A stretch of DNA of 64,000 nucleotides, from assembly GCF_009914755.1 (NCBI RefSeq), contig NC_060934.1, one strand, 5' to 3'. Positions 63,748 to 64,000 of the stretch are shown here, one piece after another (the first letter of the stretch is position 1; each line of letters opens with the position of its first letter). A program made the translations under genes and the position numbers. The notes beneath the pieces are model-generated. The model was not told where the DNA came from, ran no database searches, and worked only from the letters and a program-made list of their open reading frames with translations. This stretch comes from the human T2T-CHM13v2.0 reference genome, Homo sapiens.

Positions 63748-64000
63748 TATCTGCTATAAAGACACTTGCACACATATGTTTATTGTGGCACTATTCACAA
63801 TAGCAAAGACTTGGATCCAACCCAAATGTCCATCCATGATAGACTAGATAAAGAAAATGTGGCACATATACACCATGGAATACTATACAGCCATAAAAAA
63901 GGGTGAGTTCATGTCCTTCGCAGGGACATGGATAAAGCTGGAAACCATCATTCTCAGCAAACTAACACAAGAACAGAAAATCAAACACCACATGTTCTCA
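63748..64000 (+). mobile_element. L1PA 3' fragment, cut by the window end
   Basis: tgctataaagacac...ggaatactatacagccataaaaaa ORF2 C-terminal sequence. Confidence 0.9.

Overview
Primate (most likely human) genomic DNA carrying the 3' 17 coding exons of ASAH2 (neutral ceramidase) on the minus strand. I spliced the exons by hand: every intron is GT-AG, phases are consistent, and they give 610 codons (residues ~171-780 in the human numbering as I recall it) ending in TAG at 9501-9503, followed by a long 3' UTR. The 5' exons lie beyond 64000. The rest is intronic or downstream DNA rich in L1, Alu, L2/MIR, LTR and DNA-transposon relics and microsatellites. There is no prokaryotic-type system, CRISPR array or intact retroelement. 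The most interesting items are a latent 165-aa alternative-frame/cryptic-acceptor ORF (the ASAH2B-type product), an Asn at codon 689 where I recall Thr, two twin-primed 5'-inverted L1s (one with an internal 232-bp tandem duplication), a sense-oriented THE1 LTR abutting an exon, and UG repeats in the 3' UTR and beside a splice donor.
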